A DNA stretch of 64,000 nucleotides, taken from a virus (taxonomy: Duplodnaviria > Heunggongvirae > Uroviricota > Caudoviricetes). The DNA lies in the IMG/VR virus record IMGVR_UViG_3300021166_000052, positions 133,424-197,423 of that record. The stretch is one strand, 5' to 3'. Below are positions 43,397-53,628 of the stretch, in pieces. How positions within the stretch are numbered: the first letter of the stretch is position 1; each line of letters starts with the position of its first letter. Under the pieces are notes generated by a model, which made no database searches, was not told the DNA's origin, and saw nothing but the letters and a program-made list of their open reading frames with translations. A program made the position numbers and the translations under genes.

Positions 43397-46384
43397 TCAT
43401 TTACCTTTGGTGGCCCTGTGTTCAATTAACATTGAATCTATGGCATCATGTGTCAACCCGAAGATATTTGAATTAGGGAGGCTAATATGCACCTTCAGAG
43501 TGGCCCTTGTAATTGCAACATAGAATAGATTAAATTCCTCAATGACTTTCTGGATACCAGTGGCGCTAACACCGCTTTTATCTTTTATTTGCCTTTGAAA
43601 ATCTTCCATGGTTTTAGCTACAAAAGAAATGCGCTGGATCAAATCAGGAAAATCATCATTAATAAACACTTCATCCCATTCTAAACCTTTACATGTATGC
43701 GCCGTTGTTAATAAAATGTCGCATTTTTTCTTACGGCGGTTGGCTTTAGCTTGTTCATATATAGCAATTAAATTTTCCCAATATTCGTCAACGATACGTA
43801 GTGATGTTAGCATCTCAATATCATTTGACTCTTGAGCATATTCAAGAATATCATTTCGACCCCGGAAGTTGAATAACCATTTAACTTCAATTTTACTTTT
43901 ATTTTTATTTCTATCACTTAAAAAATAAAATAATGACAGGGGTAATCTAAAAATATCATCGGGATTACGGACTGTTTTAACAACTTTACCATCTGCTGTA
44001 AAGTTTGAAAAGAGACTAATTACTCCTGCATTAGTCCGGGTGATATGACAGATACTTTTAACTTCACCAGTTTTATTAGGGAAATGTGAAATAATAGATT
44101 CTGGTTCACCTAAAATATTATTTAAAATATAATTGGCCTTTTGGGCAATTTCATCATTAAACCTGAATGTTCTGGATAAATATAACTGATCATGGGCGTT
44201 AATAAATTTATCCATTGCATTAACAGTTCCCCTAAATCCATAAATTTGTTGCCATTTATCACCTACAATAATTTTGGTTCCCCCTAACGAATTAAAAATA
44301 TCCAATGTGATACTATTTGTATCTTGGCAATTATGAACAATTATACCAGTTGAATCATATGATAGGGATGTAATAAAATTATGATTATCTTCAACTTCAA
44401 TATCATAAACATCCTCATTTCCAATGTATTCAATAGATTTAATATAATCACCATTGTGATTTTTAGGATCATCTAAAATCATCATATCTTGACCAATTAT
44501 AATATCACTTATTTTAACATATCCTCGTTGGGTGAGAATAATTTCATTCGATGTACATTTTAGTTTATTCAACCCTTCTGATTGAACTAAAAAGATTTCC
44601 CTATTCTCACTTTTTTTAGACCATATGATTGGTTTATATTCATATTCATTAGTTTCAATATTAAAACTTTTAGCTAATGGTAAAGTTTCTTTATTTATAA
44701 ATTTTTTATACAACGATTTTATTTTTACTTTACCATTGTCAGTATGAACATAATGATTCCCGATTAAACATTCATCTAAAAGAACATAGTTATAGTTAAT
44801 TTTTTCTTTAAGTCTATCAATGGCTAAATGAAAATATTTTAAATAAAATGAATGTACAACATCTAATTTTTTATTATAAATATCATTCCACATACCCAGC
44901 ACACCATTAATAATCATTTTCAATGATGGGTTTTTTTGATGCATAATAATTGATAATTCTTCATTTTCATCAATCAAATCATTAATAACTTTTTCATTGA
45001 TATCTTTATATGCGGAATTACAAAACGCATCAAATAATCTAATTATCATCAATGCTACATTATAATCTGAAATATTAAAATGTTGTTTGATCTCGACAAC
45101 TTTATAGTTTTGTCTGACATTATAAATATTTAATTCATCTCTGGTATATGCATATGCCAACCCATTAATAGTGCTAACTTTAGTATTATCCCCAAACCGT
45201 TTTTTAGCTTCCTCGGCCATTGCTTTATTAAAAACTAAATATAAAAATGTTTTATCGGGACAAGTTTTGGTTAATTTTTCTAATGTAGTAGTGTTATGAG
45301 TGACTATATAGTCTTTAGTTATATATAATCCATCAGCATTATTAACTGATATACATCTACTATTTTCCTCACCAATATTACTTACATTAACTATTCTTTT
45401 ATATTTTTTAGAATTTATATAAATTCTATATGATAATTCACCTGTTAATGATTTATCTTTATATTTATATATTGGTCGTCTGGTTTTATATGTAACATAA
45501 TATCCTAAACTCCGGGATAATTCAATGAAATCAAAAGCCAGCTTTGATGAACTTGTAGAATATTCAATATGAGATGAACTTGATTTATGACCATCAGTAT
45601 CAACCAATCCTTGATATAACTCATTTCTAATATCTAATGAATTGTAAAGATATTCTCGTGGTATATGTTTATTGATTGATAACTCACCGTATAGATTATA
45701 GTCAATCAGTGCTTTTTTTAAATTTGATGTTTTATACTTTATTTTATTTTGAATATAATACTCATTAGTTGTATTTGCGATAGGATTTAAATAATCACCA
45801 GTGTATGACAATAATTGGTTGATTTTTTCAATTACGGTAGCATTGCTATTAGTTAATCGAATATTGCCATTTGTAAATCCACCATCACCTAACAACACAC
45901 CCAATAGATATGGATGAATTTTAACTTCTGATCCATTAAATTCAACTCCATCCGTTAGCGGGATTGCGAAATTATAGCGAGTATATTGTTTATTGGTCCG
46001 TTTGTCTAAAATTTTACGACTGATACCCTTGGTAATAATATCATGTAGTGATAAAACTTCCAATTTATTAGAATGTTCATTAAAAACTTTCCAAAGATGA
46101 TCAATTCCACATCTTGTATATGTACCATCGGCAAATTCAATTTTGTAAATGGGTTTAATTCCTTGTTCGAAAATACCAGATAAAGTAGCCGGTTTTCCAG
46201 TTTGTGTCATAACTAATGAATCAATGGTTAAATCTCCCATAGTTACCCATCCAGTAGGGGTAAGCACCGGCTCGCTATAAGGTTGATCTTTACCAGTACC
46301 TGCAAACGCATTTACCCGTAAATATGAACTTTTTTTATTTTTAGCGATATCAATAATATTGGATTGCTGCTCAGTATCTTTCAT
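43397..46384 (-). CDS. UvrD-like superfamily 1 helicase containing two inteins
   Basis: AFAGTGK|T Walker A, LLDE|CQD Walker B, VGDKWQQIYGFRG, LSRTFRF, TAHTCKGLEWD and FYVAITRA motifs; no in-frame TAG. Confidence 0.92.
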   Translation of the reverse strand: MKDTEQQSNIIDIAKNKKSSYLRVNAFAGTGKDQPYSEPVLTPTGWVTMGDLTIDSLVMTQTGKPATLSGIFEQGIKPIYKIEFADGTYTRCGIDHLWKVFNEHSNKLEVLSLHDIITKGISRKILDKRTNKQYTRYNFAIPLTDGVEFNGSEVKIHPYLLGVLLGDGGFTNGNIRLTNSNATVIEKINQLLSYTGDYLNPIANTTNEYYIQNKIKYKTSNLKKALIDYNLYGELSINKHIPREYLYNSLDIRNELYQGLVDTDGHKSSSSHIEYSTSSSKLAFDFIELSRSLGYYVTYKTRRPIYKYKDKSLTGELSYRIYINSKKYKRIVNVSNIGEENSRCISVNNADGLYITKDYIVTHNTTTLEKLTKTCPDKTFLYLVFNKAMAEEAKKRFGDNTKVSTINGLAYAYTRDELNIYNVRQNYKVVEIKQHFNISDYNVALMIIRLFDAFCNSAYKDINEKVINDLIDENEELSIIMHQKNPSLKMIINGVLGMWNDIYNKKLDVVHSFYLKYFHLAIDRLKEKINYNYVLLDECLIGNHYVHTDNGKVKIKSLYKKFINKETLPLAKSFNIETNEYEYKPIIWSKKSENREIFLVQSEGLNKLKCTSNEIILTQRGYVKISDIIIGQDMMILDDPKNHNGDYIKSIEYIGNEDVYDIEVEDNHNFITSLSYDSTGIIVHNCQDTNSITLDIFNSLGGTKIIVGDKWQQIYGFRGTVNAMDKFINAHDQLYLSRTFRFNDEIAQKANYILNNILGEPESIISHFPNKTGEVKSICHITRTNAGVISLFSNFTADGKVVKTVRNPDDIFRLPLSLFYFLSDRNKNKSKIEVKWLFNFRGRNDILEYAQESNDIEMLTSLRIVDEYWENLIAIYEQAKANRRKKKCDILLTTAHTCKGLEWDEVFINDDFPDLIQRISFVAKTMEDFQRQIKDKSGVSATGIQKVIEEFNLFYVAITRATLKVHISLPNSNIFGLTHDAIDSMLIEHRATKGK
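44330..44770 (-). mobile_element. Mini-intein (147 aa) in Walker B
   Basis: Starts CLIGNHYV and ends VYDIEVEDNHNF...IIVHN/C; no endonuclease domain. Confidence 0.85.
45293..46288 (-). mobile_element. Class 3-type intein with LAGLIDADG homing endonuclease (332 aa) in Walker A
   Basis: Starts DQPYSEPVLTPTGW and ends IVTHN/T. W-C-T triad (DHLW, SRCISV, VTHN); LLGVLLGDGG and QGLVDTDG motifs. Confidence 0.85.
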
Positions 46385-46455
46385 GTGTATGAAAATCTCC
46401 GAATAAAATTAAGATGTTGGGTATAAAACTTATACAATATAGTCAATTGGTGTAA

Positions 46456-46485
46456 ACTATATAGTCGATGGGGTGGGATTGTCAA
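46456..46485 (-). promoter_or_regulatory. Sigma70-like promoter upstream of the helicase
   Basis: TTGACA-18 nt-TATAGT on the minus strand. Confidence 0.55.
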
Positions 46486-46495
46486 TAATAAATTT

Positions 46496-46954
46496 TTACT
46501 CAGATCCAATTTCGTCTTTGATTAAATTATGTAACGTTGCAAAAAACATGGCGGTAAGATTAATCAAATCATCATCTTTAATCATATCCTTCTCGGCTTC
46601 GTCGCTATAATATTTAAGAATATCATGTACTTTGACGTATGAACAATTATTTAATATTTTTTTAAGATTGATTTGTAAATCAATATCATCTTGTAAATTT
46701 TTCCATGACATACTTTTTTTATAAATTTCAGAATATACCGCTCCCAGTGCGGCCTTAAAATATGCAGCCGCCATGGTTCGATTGGTCTTGACACAATTTA
46801 AATATGCATTATGTATATCATTTTGAATATTAGTTCGTGTTGTGGTATTAGCGTCTTCCCTGTCAACGGAACCTAAAAACTTTTTATTTATGTCTTCGCT
46901 TTCATTATTAATTTTGTTTTCTTGGGAATAATCTTGAGAAATACGTATTGCCAT
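46496..46954 (-). CDS. Hypothetical protein, 152 aa
   Basis: AAGGA SD; intact ORF. Confidence 0.7.
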   Translation of the reverse strand: MAIRISQDYSQENKINNESEDINKKFLGSVDREDANTTTRTNIQNDIHNAYLNCVKTNRTMAAAYFKAALGAVYSEIYKKSMSWKNLQDDIDLQINLKKILNNCSYVKVHDILKYYSDEAEKDMIKDDDLINLTAMFFATLHNLIKDEIGSE

Positions 46955-46983
46955 AAGGGTAATCCTTTTTATTATAATTTAAA

Positions 46984-47160
46984 TATATTATATAAAATAA
47001 AAAATAAATTTTTTATTTTATATAATATAAATAGTATCGTTTCACGATACTATTTTATATAATATCATATTTTTTATTTTTTGTAAAATAAAAAATAAAT
47101 AGTATCGTGAAACGATACTATTTTATATAATATCATAAAAATTTATTTTTATGATATTAT
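46984..47160. repeat. Cluster of four inverted repeats, including two copies of a 23-bp palindrome
   Basis: 21-bp perfect inverted repeat (46984-47004/47009-47029); ATAGTATCGT-NNN-ACGATACTAT at 47031-47053 and 47099-47121; 16-bp inverted repeat (47127-47142/47145-47160). Confidence 0.85.
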
Positions 47161-48233
47161 GTCATAAATTTTTCTTTTCTATAACCAACATCTTTAGTGG
47201 TACGTGCCGTACCACTAATTATTTTATTTTTTATTAATAATATTCGTTCTTTAAATGCATCAGATTCTTTTTTTCCGATATTTGTTTCTATTAAAGAAAC
47301 TATATTATTAAACGAATCTCCGTTAATAAATTTTTTAATATTATCAACCATTTGGTCCGTAAATTTGACATTTTTCATAGCATTGTCAAATTTTTCTTGG
47401 TTATGATAATCCATAAATTGATATATTGAGTTCGATGATGGGAAAGTAAACCCGTGATCAAACGCTAACATTTCGGAATTACCATCTTTTTTTATTTTAT
47501 GTAAAAAATTACCACCATGTCGGTCTGCGTTCCCAATTATAAAATCAAATAGAGCTTTGTCACCTGCTTCTTTATCGGTTTTGGCAATAGCTTCAAACGC
47601 GGCATCGCCTGTAGTTAATTCATATTTACTAATTTGATTAATATCATCGCCTTTATGTTTTTCTATTAAATTTTCTGAAATAGATCCAAATGTACCATTT
47701 ATATCTTTTATATTTGTCTCTGGTAAATGATTCATTCCTAATTCTTTTGCAATTGCATAAGTTGCTACTTCTCTATCTATCATGTGACCCTTAACTTCAC
47801 CTCTACCTGAGTTAGTTTTATTCTGGTATATGATATGATCTTCTAATGATAGTTTTTCATTATTTTTATTATTTAAATGATAGCTATTAAAATTTAAATT
47901 AGGTTGGTCCTATGGTGATGATATTTTTCTAACAAATGGCTCTCCGGTGACAGGTTTAAAATAACCAGTACTACCATCTTTGAATTTAATAAATTGAACC
48001 CCATTTGAAATTCCACCTTCATTAGCATCAAGTGGTTTAGATGATTCAATATCTTTATCATTTATAGATTTTTTTGTATGTTTTATGTTTTTATTATCAA
48101 CATTAACTCTCATTTGCTTATCATATGATTTACGAAAATGTGTACCATCTTTACTTTGTACAACAGTTCCTTTTACATTAATATTTTTGAGTTGTTTATG
48201 TTTTTCTTGAACAGGTTTCATTATAACGTCCAA
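47157..48233 (-). CDS. PI3/PI4-kinase-like (atypical kinase) protein, 358 aa (1 TAG)
   Basis: GGI Gly-loop, YFKP, REVATY, FDFIIGNADRHGGN and AFDHGFTFP motifs; two ORF pieces in frame joined at TAG 47910-47912. Confidence 0.8.
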
Positions 48234-49303
48234 CCATGTTTTCTAAAGTTCATATCACTTAAACTTGTTTTTTTATTTTTAAATATTTGTTCTGCAAAAT
48301 AACCAACTCGTTCTTTAAATGATTCTGCTTCTTTTGTTCCAATATTTTCGTTTACATATCTATGGAATTGTTCAAAGTCACCACTTGTAAGAAATTTACC
48401 AAAATTTTCAATAAAATCTGGAGTAAATTCTTTTTTACCAGCACCCATTAGAAAATCATATTGATTACCAAAATCATAACTTGCGTAATTTCTATTACTG
48501 TTTGGAAATGATAATCCTTGATCAAATGCTAACATTTCAGCTTTATTTTTACCATCGGTTTTCACCATCTAATTACCACGGTGTCTATCAGTATTACCGA
48601 TTAATAAATCGAAAGCTAATTTATCTCCAATTTTAGGATCATAATCAGCTATAGAATCAAAGTCATTATATTTATAATCAGCATGTTTAGCTTTAGTGAT
48701 GGTATATCCCGGTTCTTTAAACTGATCATGTATATTTCTGATCATAATACCCAATTTTTTTTCACCATCGATTTCTAACCGCCGTACCGATGCTTCTGGT
48801 AAATGGTCCATACCAAGAGCTTGCCCCAGTGTGAACGTGGCAACTTCACGGTCTAGCATGTGGCCTTTAACTTTAGCCCTACCGTGATCCTTTTCTTGTT
48901 TTAAATCACGATATGCATCCCTGTCGTTGATGGTGTCGCCGGTCTTTTTGTCATTTAAACGGATAGTATCTCGAATGAACCCGCCCAGTGTGAACGGTTC
49001 ACTATCGATATCTTTAAAGAATCCGGTAGTGGTCTGCCCTTCGGGGGTTTTAATTTCGATAACCTTAACACCGGGAGTGATACCACCCTCACCAATTTTT
49101 AAATCACTTATAGATTGAACTTCCCCGGCCCGCATGGTATTATTCAACTTGGAGGTTATCCATGGATGTTTCGTAGGTTGTTGATTTACCATTTGATTTC
49201 TCTGATGTTGCTTACGGAAATATGCACCATCTTGGTCGTTCACAACTGTGCCCTTCACATCAACTAGTTTTTTATGTTTTGAATTAGTTTTATTACTTTT
49301 CAT
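48221..49303 (-). CDS. PI3/PI4-kinase-like protein, paralog, 360 aa (1 TAG)
   Basis: FFKD, REVATF, FDLLIGNTDRHRGN*MV and AFDQGLSFP; the TAG at 48569-48571 lies between the catalytic loop and the Mg-binding motif. Confidence 0.8.
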
Positions 49304-49330
49304 AGTGTTTATTCCTTGACACGTTGGTTA

Positions 49331-49801
49331 TTATGGTTTATAGTCGTAATGCATAGTAGCTTCTGATATAATAAATTTATCGGTCACTATCACAATAATT
49401 TCACCTTGGCAATCTGCTGCCATTGTAAAATATATACGTTTTATTCGATTGTTATTATTAATATTAAAATTTGAATTACCAATTGGTAGAGATGGTAAAT
49501 TTGTCAAACTATTGAATGCAACTTCAATTGATGCCATCGATGGATTACTTGATATTGTTTGTATGTATAAAAAGCAATTTTGCCCAATGGCGGAATTCGG
49601 TAAAGTTATTTCATGTGTTTCACCACCTGTAAAATAAAAGATATCTTTATATAATACGGGATTATAATAAGGCTCAGTATCTGTTGTATCAAATGAATCT
49701 TCGTAATAAAAAAAGATGCTAGGAACATTTTTTGCTCGGGGTTGTAATTTTAAAAATTCATTACCAGCATGTATGTTTGTTTTGTTGGTATATAATGGCA
49801 T
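49331..49801 (-). CDS. Hypothetical protein, 156 aa
   Basis: GAGGA SD; intact ORF. Confidence 0.7.
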   Translation of the reverse strand: MPLYTNKTNIHAGNEFLKLQPRAKNVPSIFFYYEDSFDTTDTEPYYNPVLYKDIFYFTGGETHEITLPNSAIGQNCFLYIQTISSNPSMASIEVAFNSLTNLPSLPIGNSNFNINNNNRIKRIYFTMAADCQGEIIVIVTDKFIISEATMHYDYKP

Positions 49802-49862
49802 ATAAAAATATCCTCTTAATTGATAGTTTTATATATTAATTTATTTTAAAGGTGTTATACTT

Positions 49863-50624
49863 ATGAAAATTTTCCCTATATCTGATATTCATAACGAATT
49901 TAGAAATGCTAATAGTTTATTCAATGATATTCCATCATGTGATATCATTGTTATTGCAGGTGATTTGAATGTTGGGGCACGTAGTGTTATTAAAGATTTA
50001 TTAGAAATCCATAATATTACCCAAAAAGTAATTTTATATGTACCGGGTAATCATGAATATTATGACAGTATGTTTAAATTAGAAGAAAAGATTTTTCAGG
50101 AAAATATAGATCTATTATGTAAAAATGATATTTATTATTTAAATAATAACTATTTTATTCAAGATGATGTAAAATTCATTGGCACCACTGGTTGGGTAGA
50201 TGGTAGTTATCGGAAGATTGACCCATATGTAGTAAAAAGTTATTATGCGGACCCCCGTTATATTTATGATTTTAATGAGTTAATTAATGAACAAAAAAAA
50301 GATGAAGGTATCCGTTTTATAATAGATAATTTATCAACATCTTATAAAAATGTAATTATTACACATTGGCTACCCAATCCTGAATGCATCTCCCCTAGAT
50401 ACTATGGAGATACTGGGAATGTTTGTTTCGCCAATGATTGGTTAGCTGCTATTAATGGTAGACGTAATAAAAAAAATAAAAAGATACCATATTGGATTCA
50501 TGGTCATTCACATGATGCAATTAATTATTTAAAATCTGGAATCAGATACATACGAAATCCAGTAGGATATCCCCGTGAATGCACAGAAACCCAATTTAAT
50601 ATAAATCAGATACTTGAAATATGA
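49863..50624 (+). CDS. Calcineurin-like metallophosphoesterase
   Basis: SDIH, AGDL, VPGNHE, ITHW and WIHGHSH motifs. Confidence 0.9.
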   Translation: MKIFPISDIHNEFRNANSLFNDIPSCDIIVIAGDLNVGARSVIKDLLEIHNITQKVILYVPGNHEYYDSMFKLEEKIFQENIDLLCKNDIYYLNNNYFIQDDVKFIGTTGWVDGSYRKIDPYVVKSYYADPRYIYDFNELINEQKKDEGIRFIIDNLSTSYKNVIITHWLPNPECISPRYYGDTGNVCFANDWLAAINGRRNKKNKKIPYWIHGHSHDAINYLKSGIRYIRNPVGYPRECTETQFNINQILEI

Positions 50625-50795
50625 CAACAATTGAATTAGATACAACTATTGGTAAATTTAAATTTAATTTACTTGACGCAAAAATTCTTAAACGAATTAA
50701 CACTCTAAAGTTTTTTAGTTTTGTTCATAATAATAAAAATATTACATTATTTAGTAATGTTCTTAAAACAGCGAAAACAACTATATTGAGGTGAC

Positions 50796-51344
50796 ATGAA
50801 TAATTTAAAACAAGTTATCGTGATGCGGAAAGATCTGAATATGCGAAAAGGAAAAATTGCAGCGCAATCAGGTCACGCTGTCATGAAGACAGCTTTTTCT
50901 GCAATGAATCATGTACATTTTGATTTTAATGATAATATCAATGGATCATCTTCAATTATTAATAAATTACGAGTTGGTATTTTTAATGGATTAACCAAAT
51001 TGGCATTCAAAATAATAGGATGTAAACTGGATGTAAATTTGACAACGTGGTATTATTTATTCAATTCTGATTCGAATATAGGACAATGGTTATCTGGTAT
51101 TTTTACTAAAATATGTGTCAGCGTTAATTCAGAAAAAGAATTATATGATATATATACAGCAGTTGAAAATTATAACGCATTACAAAACCAAAAAAAAGGT
51201 GATCCTGATTATTTGGCATGTGAAATTATAATTGATTCTGGTTTAACTGAATTTAATGGTAAAAAAACTATGACATGTTTGGCAATAGGACCGGGGCCAT
51301 CTGATATCATTAATATGTTCACTGGGGATTTACCCTTATTATAA
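50796..51344 (+). CDS. pth2: Peptidyl-tRNA hydrolase, Pth2 family
   Basis: KQVIVMRKDLNMRKGKIAAQSGHA, KICVSV, IIDSGLTEF, TCLAIGP and TGDLPLL. Confidence 0.9.
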   Translation: MNNLKQVIVMRKDLNMRKGKIAAQSGHAVMKTAFSAMNHVHFDFNDNINGSSSIINKLRVGIFNGLTKLAFKIIGCKLDVNLTTWYYLFNSDSNIGQWLSGIFTKICVSVNSEKELYDIYTAVENYNALQNQKKGDPDYLACEIIIDSGLTEFNGKKTMTCLAIGPGPSDIINMFTGDLPLL

Positions 51345-51351
51345 ATTATAT

Positions 51352-51437
51352 GGGCCATGCTCTACACAAGACTCTTCTAAAGTCTTGCCATTAATGGTGT
51401 AGCGGAGGCAAAGGTTCAACTCCTTCATGGCCTACCA
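51352..51437 (+). ncRNA. Atypical tRNA-like RNA (8/4 fold, no canonical D arm, UCU in a 7-nt loop, encoded CCA)
   Basis: GGGCCATG/CATGGCCT-A-CCA acceptor; AAGG-TTCAACT-CCTT T arm; CAAGACT-CTTCTAA-AGTCTTG arm. Confidence 0.7.
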
Positions 51438-51452
51438 ATAAAATATTATATA

Positions 51453-51920
51453 TTGAATATTATGAAAAGTAATAAAAAAATAAATCACGCTAATTATTTA
51501 CGTGTAATTTCTGATAAGACATATCATGAAACAAGAGGGACTGGTGGTGATGAAAGTTGGTCTTCTGTTAGTGATATCAAACCGACAAAATTAGAATTAG
51601 TTACATTAAATGATAAATATTGGGACATCGTAACTGATTTTGAAGTCGAGCCGGGTGATGATCTTTATTTAGTTTGGATAGTTTATTCACAGGGTGATTC
51701 ATTTGGTCGAGCAACTGGTTTAGTTGATTATATTGGTGTTTATAATCATATTGCTGACGCTCTTCATGTTGTGAATGTTATTAGAGATAGCGAGGAAGAT
51801 CAAACTAATATTGATACACGACTACCATCGGGATCAATTGAAATATTATATATCGGTGAATGTAAAGGATATTTCAATTATTTAGAATCTGTACATTATG
51901 AACATTTACATGTTTATTAA
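51453..51920 (+). CDS. Hypothetical protein (start probably ATG 51462)
   Basis: Intact acidic ORF with a YSQGDSFG motif. Confidence 0.7.
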   Translation: MNIMKSNKKINHANYLRVISDKTYHETRGTGGDESWSSVSDIKPTKLELVTLNDKYWDIVTDFEVEPGDDLYLVWIVYSQGDSFGRATGLVDYIGVYNHIADALHVVNVIRDSEEDQTNIDTRLPSGSIEILYIGECKGYFNYLESVHYEHLHVY

Positions 51921-51929
51921 TAAAATTTG

Positions 51930-51958
51930 TTTACAATTATAAATAAATATAGTATAAT
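51930..51958 (+). promoter_or_regulatory. Sigma70-like promoter upstream of tRNA-Gln
   Basis: TTTACA-17 nt-TATAAT. Confidence 0.6.
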
Positions 51959-51996
51959 TTGATTTAATTACAAGCAGTTAAGAGTTGAGTAAATAT

Positions 51997-52070
51997 AGCG
52001 GTTTAGCTTAGTGGTAAAGCACACGACTTTGAATCGTGGCACGATTTTTCGATTAAATCAACCGCTGCCA
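51997..52070 (+). tRNA. tRNA-Gln(UUG)
   Basis: AGCGGTT/AACCGCT acceptor, GCTT/AAGC D stem, CACGA-CTTTGAA-TCGTG anticodon arm, TTCGATT T loop, GCCA end. Confidence 0.9.
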
Positions 52071-52073
52071 ATT

Positions 52074-52128
52074 ATTTATTCGAACCCAATTAATATGTAT
52101 ATAAGTATTAAATTGGGTTCGAATAAAT
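52074..52128 (+). promoter_or_regulatory. 18-bp perfect hairpin ending immediately before the HNH start codon
   Basis: ATTTATTCGAACCCAATT (52074-52091) pairs with AATTGGGTTCGAATAAAT (52111-52128); ATG at 52129. Confidence 0.75.
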
Positions 52129-52752
52129 ATGAAATGTAAAAAATGTAATAAAGATCACGATGGTTCATATGGGTCGGGTGTGTTCTGTACACAAAAGTGT
52201 TCACGATCATATTCTACCAGCAAGGATAATAATAATGTTTTAAAAGAATCTAAGTGTGTTATATGTGAAAAAGATATTGTTGTAAAAAAACGATCAAGTA
52301 ATCATAAATGTGTTGATTGTAAAAAAACAAATAGGTCAACAATTCATAAAAATATATTTGAAAATAAGTGTGATTTTTGTGGAAAAGAAATATCACCGTC
52401 ATCACAAAAAAAATCATTTTGTGACCATAATTGTTAGCATGAATATAAATATTTATTGTATATTAACAAATAGTTATTAAAATTAGAAACAGGATATCGA
52501 GGAAATCTCGGAACATCTAATTACATTAAAAAGTATTTAATATAGTTACATGGTAATAAGTGCATCAAATGTGGTTAGTCAAAAAGTAATCCGGTTACAT
52601 TAACGACACCAATTCATTTACACCACATGGACGGAGATTTTAAAAATAATGATATTACTAATTTAGAATTATTATGTCCATGTTGCCATAGTATTACTCC
52701 TAATTTTGGGAGTCTAAATAATGGCAAAAGTACTAGAATTTTTAATAAATAA
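52129..52752 (+). CDS. Zn-finger HNH endonuclease, 207 aa (4 TAG)
   Basis: Several CxxC pairs, then KCIKCG*S...HLHHMDGDFKNNDITNLELLCPCCHS. The HNH core lies entirely downstream of four TAGs. Confidence 0.85.
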
Positions 52753-52757
52753 AATTT

Positions 52758-53339
52758 ATGAGAACTCTCGTTTCTAATACATTTATCTTCAAAAAGAAGA
52801 AACCTAAAAAATTAACGAATAAATCGTTTATATCTATTACACAATCCCCTCAATTTATAACAGGTGCTACAACGGAGAGTACGGGAGTAGAACCTATATA
52901 TCAACCAACGTGTTGTTATTGGTTGGATTGGGATATACGAGATAATTTAGATGATTTAAATGATGAGTTATCTAATATAATAAATAAATTAACAATTGAT
53001 TTATATACAATTAAACAAAATGTTTTCATTAGAGATTTAACTATTTACAATGAAAATCTTCAATACTTAGAAGATTTAGCTATATTAGATACAATCGAAA
53101 TCGATAATATATACTATCTTAAAATTGGGGGTCATGATAATGATGGTGATTGTATTGAATTTGTTAATATGGAAACGGGATATACAATTGGACATTATTC
53201 AAAATTAGCCCCATATTATTATAGATTAAAACCAATTTCTATACCAGTAGAAATAAAATTAACACGTTTGAAAAAAATTATCATATTTATGAAAAATATT
53301 TATCAAACATTATATAGGATGTGCAGACATGAAAAATAA
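52758..53339 (+). CDS. Hypothetical protein, 193 aa
   Basis: Intact ORF in the operon. Confidence 0.65.
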   Translation: MRTLVSNTFIFKKKKPKKLTNKSFISITQSPQFITGATTESTGVEPIYQPTCCYWLDWDIRDNLDDLNDELSNIINKLTIDLYTIKQNVFIRDLTIYNENLQYLEDLAILDTIEIDNIYYLKIGGHDNDGDCIEFVNMETGYTIGHYSKLAPYYYRLKPISIPVEIKLTRLKKIIIFMKNIYQTLYRMCRHEK

Positions 53340-53628
53340 AGGTTGGTCCGCTGAAATACCAAATGAAAGCGGTAAATTTTGGTTTTATGGAGATCCATTT
53401 AAGGGGATCAATGGATTTATGGTTAGAAATCAACATCAGTCTCAAAATAAGTTGTATATGGTTGATGTTATAAAAAATAAATATAATTTATTGATTATAG
53501 TTGATGGTAAAACCATAACTGCTAATATATATAATCAAGAACAAGAAAAACAGGGAGTCGTTGGTTATTTTAAAAAAGCGGTCGTTCCCGATGTCCCTGA
53601 TGATTTTTTAAATATGTTTTCTGTTTAA
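53329..53628 (+). CDS. Hypothetical protein, 99 aa
   Basis: Intact ORF with a WSAEIPNESGKFWFY phage-type motif. Confidence 0.7.
   Translation: MKNKGWSAEIPNESGKFWFYGDPFKGINGFMVRNQHQSQNKLYMVDVIKNKYNLLIIVDGKTITANIYNQEQEKQGVVGYFKKAVVPDVPDDFLNMFSV

Noticed and set aside
46984..47160. CRISPR array
   Set aside because: Only two palindrome copies with AT-only flanks; no spacer series and no cas genes.
51374..51381. Reading the atypical tRNA as the CUA amber suppressor
   Set aside because: The stem register centres UCU in a 7-nt loop; centring CUA breaks the stem. No canonical suppressor tRNA was found in this window.
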